Below, piece by piece: positions 10,292 through 19,630 of a DNA stretch of 64,000 bases. The translations under genes were made by a program, and so were the position numbers. The first letter of the stretch is position 1, and each line of letters starts with the position of its first letter. The notes beneath the pieces are model-generated. The model worked only from the letters and a program-made list of their open reading frames with translations, made no database searches and was not told the origin of the DNA. Source of the stretch: a virus (taxonomy: Duplodnaviria > Caudoviricetes); the IMG/VR virus record IMGVR_UViG_3300022305_000561. One strand, 5' to 3'.

Positions 10292-11301
10292 TGGGTTAAT
10301 AATAATGTGGCGGCAATACCAGATGCAGTATTGTCCACAATAAGTTTTTCAATTTCATTTTTGGTGTACCCTGATTGAGCTAATTCGTTGATGTCTTTCT
10401 CTAGGATAGTTTCTGGCATCAAACATACAGTATAGCCTAGTCTTATATATTTTGATACACTTTTAACGATAGCGATATTGCGGGGTTCATTATCAACAAT
10501 CAATACAATCTTGTCTTTATGGTCTTGCATAAACTCAGAGTCAAATGCTGATACCCCTGATGCAGCAATACAGTTATCTATGAATAAACTATCAAGTTGA
10601 CCTTCTGTAGCGTATATAGTCATATCAACATCTACCCTTTCTAAACCATATAGAAGTTGTTCATCACCAAGTTTGACATTATGATACTTGAGCATTTCAT
10701 TTCCAAATGCCCTACCTGCCCAACCAGTAAGGTTGCCTTCTTGATTGAAATGAGGGATAACTAACCTTGGCGCATCATCATTGGTAAACATATCTGCTTT
10801 GTGATGAGTCTTTACCCATTGTTTATACTTAGGGCAAAAATACAACAGATTCCAATACTCTTTTGGTATCTTCCTTTTCTGAACATAAAGGACAGCAGGA
10901 TGATTATCATTCAAATCTGATATTTTATATAGCTCATCTAATGGGCTTGAAATTCTAGGCACAGAGAATTTAGGCGTTGAGTCTGGAAACTTAAACACTG
11001 GAGTATGGTTGTGATGACAGTTTGATTTGTATTTTTCTAAAGTGTATTCAGAATGCAAATTATGATCAACATGTTCTAGGAGTTTAGCTAAAGTTGTTCC
11101 TACATTACAGTTGTGGCAACGATACAATAAAGTGCCTTTTTTGGCATAGATGTACCCTCTTGCTTTTGTCTTGTGCTTTACTGAGTCGTTACAATATGGA
11201 CAACTGAAGTTCCAAGTATTATTACCTTGTTTCTTATAGTTTCTGACTCTGGTTGATATCATCGACGCAAACTTCACATCAACGTAAAATGAAATGCTCA
11301 T
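10276..11301 (-). CDS. 61: DNA primase (gp61)
   Basis: CPYC.DS..CHNC Zn-ribbon, EGQLDSLF TOPRIM, DNEPRN, KDINE. Confidence 0.95.
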   Translation of the reverse strand: MSISFYVDVKFASMISTRVRNYKKQGNNTWNFSCPYCNDSVKHKTKARGYIYAKKGTLLYRCHNCNVGTTLAKLLEHVDHNLHSEYTLEKYKSNCHHNHTPVFKFPDSTPKFSVPRISSPLDELYKISDLNDNHPAVLYVQKRKIPKEYWNLLYFCPKYKQWVKTHHKADMFTNDDAPRLVIPHFNQEGNLTGWAGRAFGNEMLKYHNVKLGDEQLLYGLERVDVDMTIYATEGQLDSLFIDNCIAASGVSAFDSEFMQDHKDKIVLIVDNEPRNIAIVKSVSKYIRLGYTVCLMPETILEKDINELAQSGYTKNEIEKLIVDNTASGIAATLLLTQWRKI

Positions 11302-11519
11302 TACTTCTCCTATTCAATAAATCTATTATAATATACTTTATCGGATTAGTAAAGGTATGTTTTATTTGCTTATAAAACAATAAGCTATAAGATACTTTTA
11401 AGGTTAAATTGGGGAATGTGTATCAATATGTTACTTTTGTTAATAGAACTACTTCTTTTGTAAATCATAACAAAACCAATAAGTTATAAAAACATCGATT
11501 TGCTTAAATTTATATTCAG

Positions 11520-11578
11520 AGTCTTGACTTTTGCCTGTTTTTATAGTATACTTTATCTGTGGTTGGGTTAAGTAGATT
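11520..11578 (+). promoter_or_regulatory. 59-bp exact repeat containing a sigma70-type promoter (TTGACT-N17-TATACT), antisense to neighbouring late genes; copy 1
   Basis: Identical to 55826-55884. Confidence 0.85.
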
Positions 11579-11987
11579 AATGAACTATCTTAAAGATGTC
11601 TAAGTGATTCAATAAGAACCCAAATCCTATAGCCCCTCCAACTACTAACCAACGCCAATTCTCTAAGGTAGTTAATCTATCTGATATTGATTTATGTTGA
11701 GTATTTGAATTGTCAGTATGTTCTTTGATCTTATCTTCTATACGGACTTCCATCTCCTCTATCTTATTTAGTATCTCCTTAGTATTGTCGCTCATCTTCT
11801 TGTAAATATCCCTTACATCAGTAATCGTTTCTTTATTACCTAGTTCTAAGTTATTGATTCTTGAATCGTGAACAGCAAGTAATCTCGTCACTTCAGTTGA
11901 TGATTTTGCTATCTCAGCAACAGTGTTATCTATCTTATAAACTACAGTTTGAAGAACTGCAACTTCAACTTGGATATTATTTTCCAT
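11577..11987 (-). CDS. coiled-coil membrane protein, putative holin-like
   Basis: Coiled coil plus C-terminal TM segment (WRWLVVGGAIGFGFLL); next to the spanins. Confidence 0.5.
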   Translation of the reverse strand: MENNIQVEVAVLQTVVYKIDNTVAEIAKSSTEVTRLLAVHDSRINNLELGNKETITDVRDIYKKMSDNTKEILNKIEEMEVRIEDKIKEHTDNSNTQHKSISDRLTTLENWRWLVVGGAIGFGFLLNHLDIFKIVH

Positions 11988-12570
11988 CTGACAAATCCTT
12001 TTGATTACCTATCCATTCTTGAAGAGATTTTAGTTGTTCACTTACTTGGTAATATGTTCCGTAGTTTTGACTGACGGTACTAACGACTTCAGAGAGTTTA
12101 ACATTGGAGGCTTCTTCATTAGCAGTTCTGGAGGTGTTGGGAACTTCGGTTTGACTGGCACTAGCGTTGTGCAAGATGACAGCACCATTATTAACAATAC
12201 ACTTATCGTCAGATTTCTTGTTAATGTATACGGGGACTTTCTTAATAATTTCATGGGTCTTTCCTTCAACTATTTTAACGCGATCTACATATTTAGTAAC
12301 AACCTCATTGGTAATCTCAGCAGCCCTTGCTTCTTGTAAAGCAACCTTTGCCTCCATTTCCTTGACTTTCAATTGCCAGTCAGCTTCATTAGATATACCT
12401 CCAACGAAGAATGCACCTAGAACCAACAGGAATGCTGATAGTATTTGAATCCCAAGTTTGTATTCAATAGGGATTATCCGTCCAAATGATATGACTAATA
12501 CTGTTCCTGCAACCCCTAATAAGGTAATCACATAAAATATCCAATCAGGAAGAAATGATAATAAAATCAT
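11977..12570 (-). CDS. putative inner-membrane spanin (Rz-like)
   Basis: N-terminal TM helices, periplasmic coiled coil, C-terminal LQEWI; hosts an embedded lipoprotein ORF. Confidence 0.7.
   Translation of the reverse strand: MILLSFLPDWIFYVITLLGVAGTVLVISFGRIIPIEYKLGIQILSAFLLVLGAFFVGGISNEADWQLKVKEMEAKVALQEARAAEITNEVVTKYVDRVKIVEGKTHEIIKKVPVYINKKSDDKCIVNNGAVILHNASASQTEVPNTSRTANEEASNVKLSEVVSTVSQNYGTYYQVSEQLKSLQEWIGNQKDLSDGK
12042..12254 (-). CDS. putative outer-membrane spanin (Rz1-like lipoprotein), embedded out of frame
   Basis: Basic N-terminus, hydrophobic stretch, lipobox LSSC, Pro-rich VPVKPKFPTPPELL. Confidence 0.7.
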   Translation of the reverse strand: MKLLRKSPYTLTRNLTISVLLIMVLSSCTTLVPVKPKFPTPPELLMKKPPMLNSLKSLVPSVKTTEHITK

Positions 12571-13049
12571 TGAACTTTCCTTTTAAGTTTTTTCTTGACT
12601 AATGGTAATATTGGATTGGCAATACCTGTCGTATTGTTGGCAGGTAAACCACCTGCATCCTCATCCAAGAACCTCTTGACTATAATTTCTTCTTCAACTA
12701 AAATTATATCAGAGTCATTGATAGTTTCCAATAAGGCATAGAACCTATCTTCTACATCAATGGTATTGTAATTTTCATAAGATTCTTTTACAAGAAAATA
12801 TGCAGCAACCAAGTTTTTAGTGACACTATCGCCACTTGGTAATTTGTTTAGGAGTCGCTTAAGATTGAATACAAGTCTATGCAAATAATCATAGGCAGAT
12901 TTCTCATCATCAGTTTTTAAGTCTTTGCCTATCTTCAGAACTTTACCTGAAGCATCTATGATTCCTAACTTAAAGGCATCTGTTTTCGCAAATGGTGTTA
13001 CCAACATTGATAGTATTTTATATGCAATTAAATTATCTACAATTCTCAT
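12567..13049 (-). CDS. conserved T4-like hypothetical protein
   Basis: LVTPF..TDAFKLGIID..G..L..RLVFNLKRLL. Confidence 0.65.
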   Translation of the reverse strand: MRIVDNLIAYKILSMLVTPFAKTDAFKLGIIDASGKVLKIGKDLKTDDEKSAYDYLHRLVFNLKRLLNKLPSGDSVTKNLVAAYFLVKESYENYNTIDVEDRFYALLETINDSDIILVEEEIIVKRFLDEDAGGLPANNTTGIANPILPLVKKKLKRKVQ

Positions 13050-13051
13050 AC

Positions 13052-13417
13052 TTATATCTTCCTGAGCACATCTATTATGTTTTGATCTAATGGTATATCA
13101 GTCTTATTAATACCGTTAATTTTGTCTGGCATAAGGTCTAGATAAATCAAGAATGTTGCAAGTTGTCCCCAATATTTATCAGAAACCTTATAGAACAACA
13201 TAGTGGTAGTATTGATGCCAAACACATTATGCAAAATTATAATGTGGTTCAACATCAACCTTTCCCTTAATTCATTTTCTTCATTATACCTAGTAAACAA
13301 TGTATTCAGGAATTTGAATCTTTTGATATCAGATTCAAACTCCTTAACACTAACACACTGAGGGTTATCATAGCAGTTCATAGCGAACTGGATGAAGTTT
13401 TCAGGTGTTAAAATCAT
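13052..13417 (-). CDS. conserved T4-like hypothetical protein
   Basis: FAM..YDNPQC..EF..D.KRF..ERL.LNHIIIL.NVFG. Confidence 0.7.
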   Translation of the reverse strand: MILTPENFIQFAMNCYDNPQCVSVKEFESDIKRFKFLNTLFTRYNEENELRERLMLNHIIILHNVFGINTTTMLFYKVSDKYWGQLATFLIYLDLMPDKINGINKTDIPLDQNIIDVLRKI

Positions 13418-13420
13418 ATA

Positions 13421-13987
13421 TTAAGATACGAAAGTAAGAGCCACTGCAGCAGAATTGACAAATGGTGCACCTGAATCGGATGAAACTACAACACGATATA
13501 AGTCACCTGCGTTAGCAGCTAATTGACCAGCTAATACTAATGATGAAGAAGTCGCAGCTGCAACATTTGCAAATCTAGTTGGAGAAGCTACGCGGGCACG
13601 TTGCCATTGATAAGTAACTGTCCCAGATGGAGCAACGGTAGCAGTAACAGACAATGTAGCAGCACCTAAAGTAATTGCTTGAGTTGTCGGTTGAGTTCCG
13701 ATAGTAATAATTGCCTCAACATCAGCAGCAGTAGCATCGTCAGCAGCATCACCAGCAACTGCCGCAGTAGTCCCCATTGCAACTAATAATTTAGTTTTGT
13801 AACGTGTATTACCATCACTATCTTTGTATGTTCTAATATCCCACCAACCAGCACCATTGATGCCTTTATCGTGGTTGGCTTTTTTAGCGCCTTCAGTTTC
13901 GTCTACGAAAAAAGTAAACGGTAAATCTGCAGTAGCAACAAATTTTGGTTTGCTACCATCAGCATCTGTGTTTGACCATAGTGACAT
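13421..13987 (-). CDS. virion structural protein with Ig-like domain
   Basis: MSLW..GWW N-terminus; TITTQP-like strand, YQWQ, YRVVVS. Confidence 0.7.
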   Translation of the reverse strand: MSLWSNTDADGSKPKFVATADLPFTFFVDETEGAKKANHDKGINGAGWWDIRTYKDSDGNTRYKTKLLVAMGTTAAVAGDAADDATAADVEAIITIGTQPTTQAITLGAATLSVTATVAPSGTVTYQWQRARVASPTRFANVAAATSSSLVLAGQLAANAGDLYRVVVSSDSGAPFVNSAAVALTFVS

Positions 13988-14025
13988 ATTCTTATTCCTT
14001 TTATTAGTTTAGTTTATTTATATGA

Positions 14026-15050
14026 TTAATTGACGTACATATTCAGTTCGTTATTCTTTGGTATATCATTGCCTCGGTTATAAACTTGAATGTGTGCTAC
14101 TTTTTTAGATTTTACACCATCCTTATGTAAAGGGATATGCAATTGATTTGTTTTACCTTCAGCTGGTTTAGATGGACCATGGCTGATATGTTGCCACCAA
14201 TCATCAGGATGAATCTCATAACCTTGTTTGTTTAGATGTTTTTCAGCATGTTGAAGGGCAGCAGAGTAACCAGTATGATAAACTTCCATTGGTTCTTTCT
14301 TTGCTTCATCTAATGATTCTTTGGCAAGTGCCTTAGAAACTCTTTGATTGTGCAATGTTTCAATTACTCTTGTCATATAGTTAGTGGGTTCAACTTCTTC
14401 TCTAGCATACTTAGCATTAGACCCACCAAATGGGTCTATTCCAGTATGTCCACCACTTTTATTAAACGCTTCTTGATCAAAAGGTTTTTTATTTTTTTGA
14501 GGTTTGCAAGTCTCTCTTTGTCTGCATCAGCTGCTTTTTTTCTTGAATCCGCTCTTGCTGCACGACTGGCGTCAGACTTTTCTTTTCCTGCAGCTTCTCT
14601 ATCAGCCCTACTATCCATATTGACTTTGACTTTAGTTTTGTCCATTGCAGCTTTAAACTTCTCAGGATCAAACGCTTCATCTAATTCAACTTCTTCATTA
14701 GCAGGAACTTTAGCTGATGTTGTGCCAAATTTAGGGTCTCCCCATTTCTTTTTTTGTGCTAATTTAATACCAGCAGACCGTTCTTTATTATCGTCTTTAG
14801 CAGCACTAATATAATTTGATAAACCTTTGCGAGAAAGTTCATCTAAAGACTCAACTGATTCATCAGTTTTCTCATAATCTTTTGAATCTTTGTCGACTAT
14901 TCTACGAGCTGGAATCTTTTTTCCGTTCTTGTCCATCTTTCTATCAGCAGATACTTGTTCTTCTTCTAAAGTCTCAACTTCTTCAGCTAATTTCATTTCA
15001 AGATAAGCATCTTGTATTGCTTGCATTGCTTTTAATTGTTCAGATGTCAT
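14026..15050 (-). CDS. probable internal head protein; one gene broken by a -1 frameshift near 14484-14498
   Basis: Track ORFs 14436-15050 and 14026-14376 join in frame with one extra A in the A7 run; repeated ESLDE/EEVELDE motifs. Confidence 0.6.
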
Positions 15051-15067
15051 AGTTTTTCCTTGTTATA

Positions 15068-16828
15068 TTATTTCTTGTTTATTGGGTGAAGTCTTGAACT
15101 TTCAATAGATTTTATTCTTGGCACTAACTTCATAGCCATTCTACTCAGGACTTTACCCTTACGACTAATGATTCTTTCAACTCGTTCTTTCTCTTGAACT
15201 GATAGAGTATTCATAGGTTTTCTAGCAATTTTTAGTTTCATCATATTGACTGCCATAACTCTAGCTCTATGATTAATCTTTGCAGGAGAAGATTTTGTAT
15301 GAAGAGCAACCTCCATCTTACGTTCTCTTTTAGAAGCAGACCTTGCAAACCGAACTCTAGCTTTAATCCTTTCCATTCTTGATAACACTTCAGTGACATA
15401 TTCTTCTTTGATGTGAGAAACGTGGTTACCTTCATCATCAACAATATGCAACTCATCATCGTCATAAGCATCAAGCATATCTTCAAGACTGTTTATACCC
15501 TTTATCATTGATTCAATTTCATCATCAGACTCATCATCAGGCATATCTTCTTCTTTTGTTTCTACTTCTTCTTTCTTGTATTTTATTTTTTGTCTACGAA
15601 GATAATCTTTGTTTTCATCTGGTTCAATGCTGTTTCCAACTCTTGTGTGATCCCCGTGTATATCATTTTTGGTAGTATCAAAATCACTATCGTTAGTTGG
15701 GATATCATCGGAATCATAATCAGATTTCCCACCTTTGTCATCAACATCGTTGTCAGATTTACCTATCTTGTCAAGGGTAAATACATTCTTGGCTTTGGCA
15801 GCCTCTTCCATCTTTGTTGATATCAATTTCTTGTCATACTTGATGCCTGCTTTATCAGCAGTCGATAACATACTTTTAACTGTTTCAATATACTCAGAAT
15901 GCATTGGTTTATTTCTGATCTTACGTAATGCCATATTGATTAGTTCTTCTGGAGAAGACTTAACAGCATCAACACCTAATGCACCAGCAATAATACGAGC
16001 AACCTTAATTTTATCTGAACTTGTATATAATACTGTCTTAGGTTCATCAGCTTCGTTCATTTCTTCTTCCATATCTATGGTAGTTACATCTTGTAACCAC
16101 TTTTTAGTTTTATTTCCAAACCTATCTTCAAGAAACAGATAGTTGGCTCCTCTCATTATAATTTTGTATTGGGTATTATCAGATTCAACTATGTCGCCAA
16201 CATTAAATATATTACCTTGAAAATACTGTTCTCTGACTGAATCTTTACCCATCCCAACTCTGATATCGTTTAGAAGTTGTTTAGCATCAGCATCTTTTAG
16301 GGTATGGGGTAATCCTTTCTTAAACTCAGCAAAGTCATTATCCAAGGCAAGAGTTCTTATCTTAGTTCCAGACATACCAGAAGCATCATCAGCATCAGGG
16401 TCTCTTTCACCAGCAGAAACTACTTGAATTGAGTCATAATGGTATTCGATACCGTTATATTGATTTAGAAGTTTGTCAAAAGAATCAACTCTGTCAGAAC
16501 CAGCAACCATAATAAGGTTTTTGTATTTCTTATTGAGTTCTTTGGCAACTTCTATTGGAGTTCGTTCTTGAGGGTTTGCAGCTTTAAAGTTGCCTTGAGG
16601 AAACATTAACTTAAGGTAATGAATCTTCTGTTCAACAGATAGAGGATTTTTCTTTTTGTCTTGAGTTTTTGATGCATAGATAACAGCATCTGCATTGTGA
16701 GACTTGGCTGTTTTATCTACTGCATTAATTAGGATTTCGTGACCAGTTGTCGGGCATTGGAATCTACCAAAAGCAAAAACAACAGTTTTGGTAGGTGCCT
16801 CTTTTAAGAAGTATTTGTATGATTTCAT
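15068..16828 (-). CDS. cytidylyltransferase-like (HxGH-superfamily) nucleotidyltransferase with acidic tail
   Basis: FGRFQCPTTGH, KNPL, VAGSDR, SAGERDPD, MSGTKIR; N-terminus MKSYKYFLKE. Confidence 0.85.
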   Translation of the reverse strand: MKSYKYFLKEAPTKTVVFAFGRFQCPTTGHEILINAVDKTAKSHNADAVIYASKTQDKKKNPLSVEQKIHYLKLMFPQGNFKAANPQERTPIEVAKELNKKYKNLIMVAGSDRVDSFDKLLNQYNGIEYHYDSIQVVSAGERDPDADDASGMSGTKIRTLALDNDFAEFKKGLPHTLKDADAKQLLNDIRVGMGKDSVREQYFQGNIFNVGDIVESDNTQYKIIMRGANYLFLEDRFGNKTKKWLQDVTTIDMEEEMNEADEPKTVLYTSSDKIKVARIIAGALGVDAVKSSPEELINMALRKIRNKPMHSEYIETVKSMLSTADKAGIKYDKKLISTKMEEAAKAKNVFTLDKIGKSDNDVDDKGGKSDYDSDDIPTNDSDFDTTKNDIHGDHTRVGNSIEPDENKDYLRRQKIKYKKEEVETKEEDMPDDESDDEIESMIKGINSLEDMLDAYDDDELHIVDDEGNHVSHIKEEYVTEVLSRMERIKARVRFARSASKRERKMEVALHTKSSPAKINHRARVMAVNMMKLKIARKPMNTLSVQEKERVERIISRKGKVLSRMAMKLVPRIKSIESSRLHPINKK

Positions 16829-16890
16829 ATGTTCTATAGGATATAATTGGTTTGTAATGCTATTTATATAAAATGAAACTTCTTATTTTT

Positions 16891-17319
16891 CTACTGAGCC
16901 CAGACTCTCAAAGGGTATACTGGGAAAGCAACAGTGCCAGTGGGCTTAGTAACTGCAATGGCTCTCAGCGTATTTCTGTAGGTGATAAACTCCGCCAGAT
17001 TTGTCAGATGAAGTGGGTCAAGGGATGAGTCAGTAACACTAGGTAACTCAGTCCAATCTGACAACAGCAATAATGCTTTAGCCTTTTCTTTATTGTATTG
17101 ACCTGACGCATTGGATGTTGATGCAGCTTGTGCTTGTTCCAATGTCAGTGTTCCTTCCGTATCTTCCCAATATTCAGTCCTGTCCAGCGGATTGGTGCTG
17201 TAGGGATTCCAAGATACTGACATAGTAAAAGGCTTGACAAATGTAACCGGAACTTCGGGCATTGTGTAAGTTCCACCGTCTGGTGTTTCTGGGTAAATTA
17301 ATGCTGAATACATTGTCAT
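16891..17319 (-). CDS. tail fibre assembly chaperone-like protein
   Basis: LLLLSDWTELP..F..YR..LR.I..FP..P. Confidence 0.65.
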   Translation of the reverse strand: MTMYSALIYPETPDGGTYTMPEVPVTFVKPFTMSVSWNPYSTNPLDRTEYWEDTEGTLTLEQAQAASTSNASGQYNKEKAKALLLLSDWTELPSVTDSSLDPLHLTNLAEFITYRNTLRAIAVTKPTGTVAFPVYPLRVWAQ

Positions 17320-17936
17320 AATATTTCTTCCAATTGAGGTAAATAAGTTGTTTGTGTAATGGCTTTCAAACTATCTTCAATAGATCGAGATTGAGAAACC
17401 TGTTGATGTACCAATGCCATAAATGGTGCTAGTTCTGTTTTGAATTGTGGATGACATCTCATTGTATGGAAGTGGTCGTGCGGTATAGAACCCTGTGTAA
17501 TAATAAAGTTCTCACAGCGTTCTTTCAGTTCCAACAACCATTCTTCTTCCTGTATAGCCTCGGCAGCTTCAAGTACAGGCAGATGTCCATACTTCCGCAA
17601 AGGTTCCAACTCATCCATCAAGCGTATAGTGGTCTCAACTTCTTGTCTGCAAGCTTCTCTATTCATATCGAAGGTGTGTTGAGATGCTTCAAGCTCTATC
17701 AAGTCAGACTTACCTTCCAATTGATCGATGATATCATCAGACTCCAGCAATCTTTCCGCTTTGATCTTCATAATATCTCGTTTAATTTGTTGAGATTCGG
17801 TTGTCTTCAATACCGATTCACGAGATATCTTCTGTTCGTACAGAAGACACCAAGCAGCATCGGGTGTTTTGCAAGAACCTGCCAGGAAGTATTTGAGTTG
17901 AAAGTCTGAGTTGGTTCTATGTGGTTTACTATTCAT
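17316..17936 (-). CDS. hypothetical protein in tail-fibre module
   Basis: Helical ORF coupled to neighbours. Confidence 0.6.
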   Translation of the reverse strand: MNSKPHRTNSDFQLKYFLAGSCKTPDAAWCLLYEQKISRESVLKTTESQQIKRDIMKIKAERLLESDDIIDQLEGKSDLIELEASQHTFDMNREACRQEVETTIRLMDELEPLRKYGHLPVLEAAEAIQEEEWLLELKERCENFIITQGSIPHDHFHTMRCHPQFKTELAPFMALVHQQVSQSRSIEDSLKAITQTTYLPQLEEIL

Positions 17937-17945
17937 TATATGTTC

Positions 17946-18926
17946 CTATAAATTTGCGTTTACGCCAAGAATACCGTTGGATGTTGCTGAACCATATCCT
18001 GAAGCTATAGGAGCTGCTGTGGCAGAGTATTTAGTATCATCTGAATAAGTATAACCCTCTCTATACGAGGAGTATGCACCAGTGTTATTATTATAACCCA
18101 AGGCAAATATAGCCAATGTTGAGTTTCCTGCTGCTGAACCGCCATTGGCAGGACTTGCAGACGCTGTCGCTGCACTGACTACGTCATTAGAATAAGTATA
18201 TTTATTTCTAGTAGTAGTGTTTAAGCCAAATGCAAATATACCCAATGTTGAGTTTCCTGCTGCTCCTCCGACGCTGACAATCCCTGTTGACGCTGTCGCT
18301 GCAACGACAGCGTCAGTTGAGTAGGTATATTTATTTATGGTTGTTGTTCCATTTCCTAAGACAAATATACCCAATGTTGAGTTTCCTACTGCTCCTCCGC
18401 CAAAAGCATTTGCTGATGAAGCTGTAACAACACTATTAACATCAGTTGAATATACATATTTATTTCTAGTAGTGGTGGTATTGCCCAATGCAAATATACC
18501 CAACGATGAGTTTCCTATTGCTGAACCATACAAAGAAACAGCCGTAGACGCTGTCGCTGCACTGACTACGTCAGTTGAGTAGGTATGTTTCTCTCGGGCA
18601 ACTGTGCTTGTTGTTGTGAACCCTATCGCAAATATACTCAATGTTGAGTTTCCTGCTGCTGAACCACCATAGGAACTACTGGATGATGATGTCAGTAGGC
18701 TACTACTGCCACTTGCGTATATATATTTATTTCTGTGTGCCGTAGGATTATTCCCATCAAAACCAAGTTTAAATATACCAAACGTGGCATCTATTAGCGC
18801 GGATTGCCATACACCAGCTTTCAAAGCTTGCATGTGTTGGCTCATATTCCAAACACCCCTAGCCTCACTTATCGATGTTACTGGCGGTGTAGCCGACACA
18901 ACACCTCCCCTGTATCTCATACTCAT
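17946..18926 (-). CDS. repeat (propeller-like) virion or receptor-binding protein
   Basis: About six ~39-43-aa repeats: GSAAGNSTL.IFA.G..TTRNKYTYS.DVV.AATAS. Confidence 0.6.
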   Translation of the reverse strand: MSMRYRGGVVSATPPVTSISEARGVWNMSQHMQALKAGVWQSALIDATFGIFKLGFDGNNPTAHRNKYIYASGSSSLLTSSSSSSYGGSAAGNSTLSIFAIGFTTTSTVAREKHTYSTDVVSAATASTAVSLYGSAIGNSSLGIFALGNTTTTRNKYVYSTDVNSVVTASSANAFGGGAVGNSTLGIFVLGNGTTTINKYTYSTDAVVAATASTGIVSVGGAAGNSTLGIFAFGLNTTTRNKYTYSNDVVSAATASASPANGGSAAGNSTLAIFALGYNNNTGAYSSYREGYTYSDDTKYSATAAPIASGYGSATSNGILGVNANL

Positions 18927-18935
18927 AACACCACC

Positions 18936-19331
18936 TTAGCTGATAATCTCATAAGTTACAGTGAATACAAGCTTGCTGGCTGTGCCTGATGTGATTGACA
19001 GACACGTTCCTTCTTGTAAGTAAAATGCTGTTGTTTTATCGGTCACAATCAAAGAAGCATTCGCGGGGACTGCGACCGTTGATGCCAATGCGTACGCCGT
19101 GCCGCCCGCAGGAGTTGAACCCTGAGCAACAGCACCGTTACTATAAATGGCAACAGTGGCATTGACCAAATTGGTTCCGTCCACATTGGCAATGGTAATA
19201 CTGTTAATTTTCATTACGGCATTTGATGCCGCAGGATTGGTCAGCAATACAACAGGGGTAACGCCCGAAGGTGTATAATATGTTGTATTGCCATAAATGG
19301 ATGTTACGTTTACTATATTGGGTGCTGCCAT
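18936..19331 (-). CDS. virion structural protein
   Basis: MAAPNIVNVTSIYG..IANVDG..VPANASL..YE.IS. Confidence 0.6.
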   Translation of the reverse strand: MAAPNIVNVTSIYGNTTYYTPSGVTPVVLLTNPAASNAVMKINSITIANVDGTNLVNATVAIYSNGAVAQGSTPAGGTAYALASTVAVPANASLIVTDKTTAFYLQEGTCLSITSGTASKLVFTVTYEIIS

Positions 19332-19332
19332 A

Positions 19333-19605
19333 TTATCCTCCGAAGACTATCGACATTGCTATTGCTTTACCTGCGGTCATTCCGCCACCACCAGCAGAAG
19401 GTGTTGTCCAAGTAGGAACACCAGCACCAGCTGATGTCAGCACTTGTCCCGATGTTCCTGCAACAGTAGGTGGAGCAATAGAGTTTGCATCCACGTAGGC
19501 TTTGTTCGCCACATCGGTGGAGTTTACGGGTGGTGCGACATTGGTAATAGTCTTACTATTATTATCTAAGCCGTTCTTTGCTACAAATCGTGTTTGAATC
19601 GCCAT
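19333..19605 (-). CDS. short tail-fibre-like protein
   Basis: ITNVAPP..DVANKAYVD, GTSGQVLTS.G, GKAIAMSIVFG. Confidence 0.6.
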   Translation of the reverse strand: MAIQTRFVAKNGLDNNSKTITNVAPPVNSTDVANKAYVDANSIAPPTVAGTSGQVLTSAGAGVPTWTTPSAGGGGMTAGKAIAMSIVFGG

Positions 19606-19630
19606 AATTCCCTATCCTTATGGTTTCTAA

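Noticed and set aside
18100-18670. Near-identical DNA repeats (CAATGTTGAGTTTCCTGCTGCT) as a non-coding array or DGR template/variable pair
   Set aside because: They are in-frame repeats of the 17946-18926 protein. No reverse transcriptase is present and I saw no adenine-specific variation.
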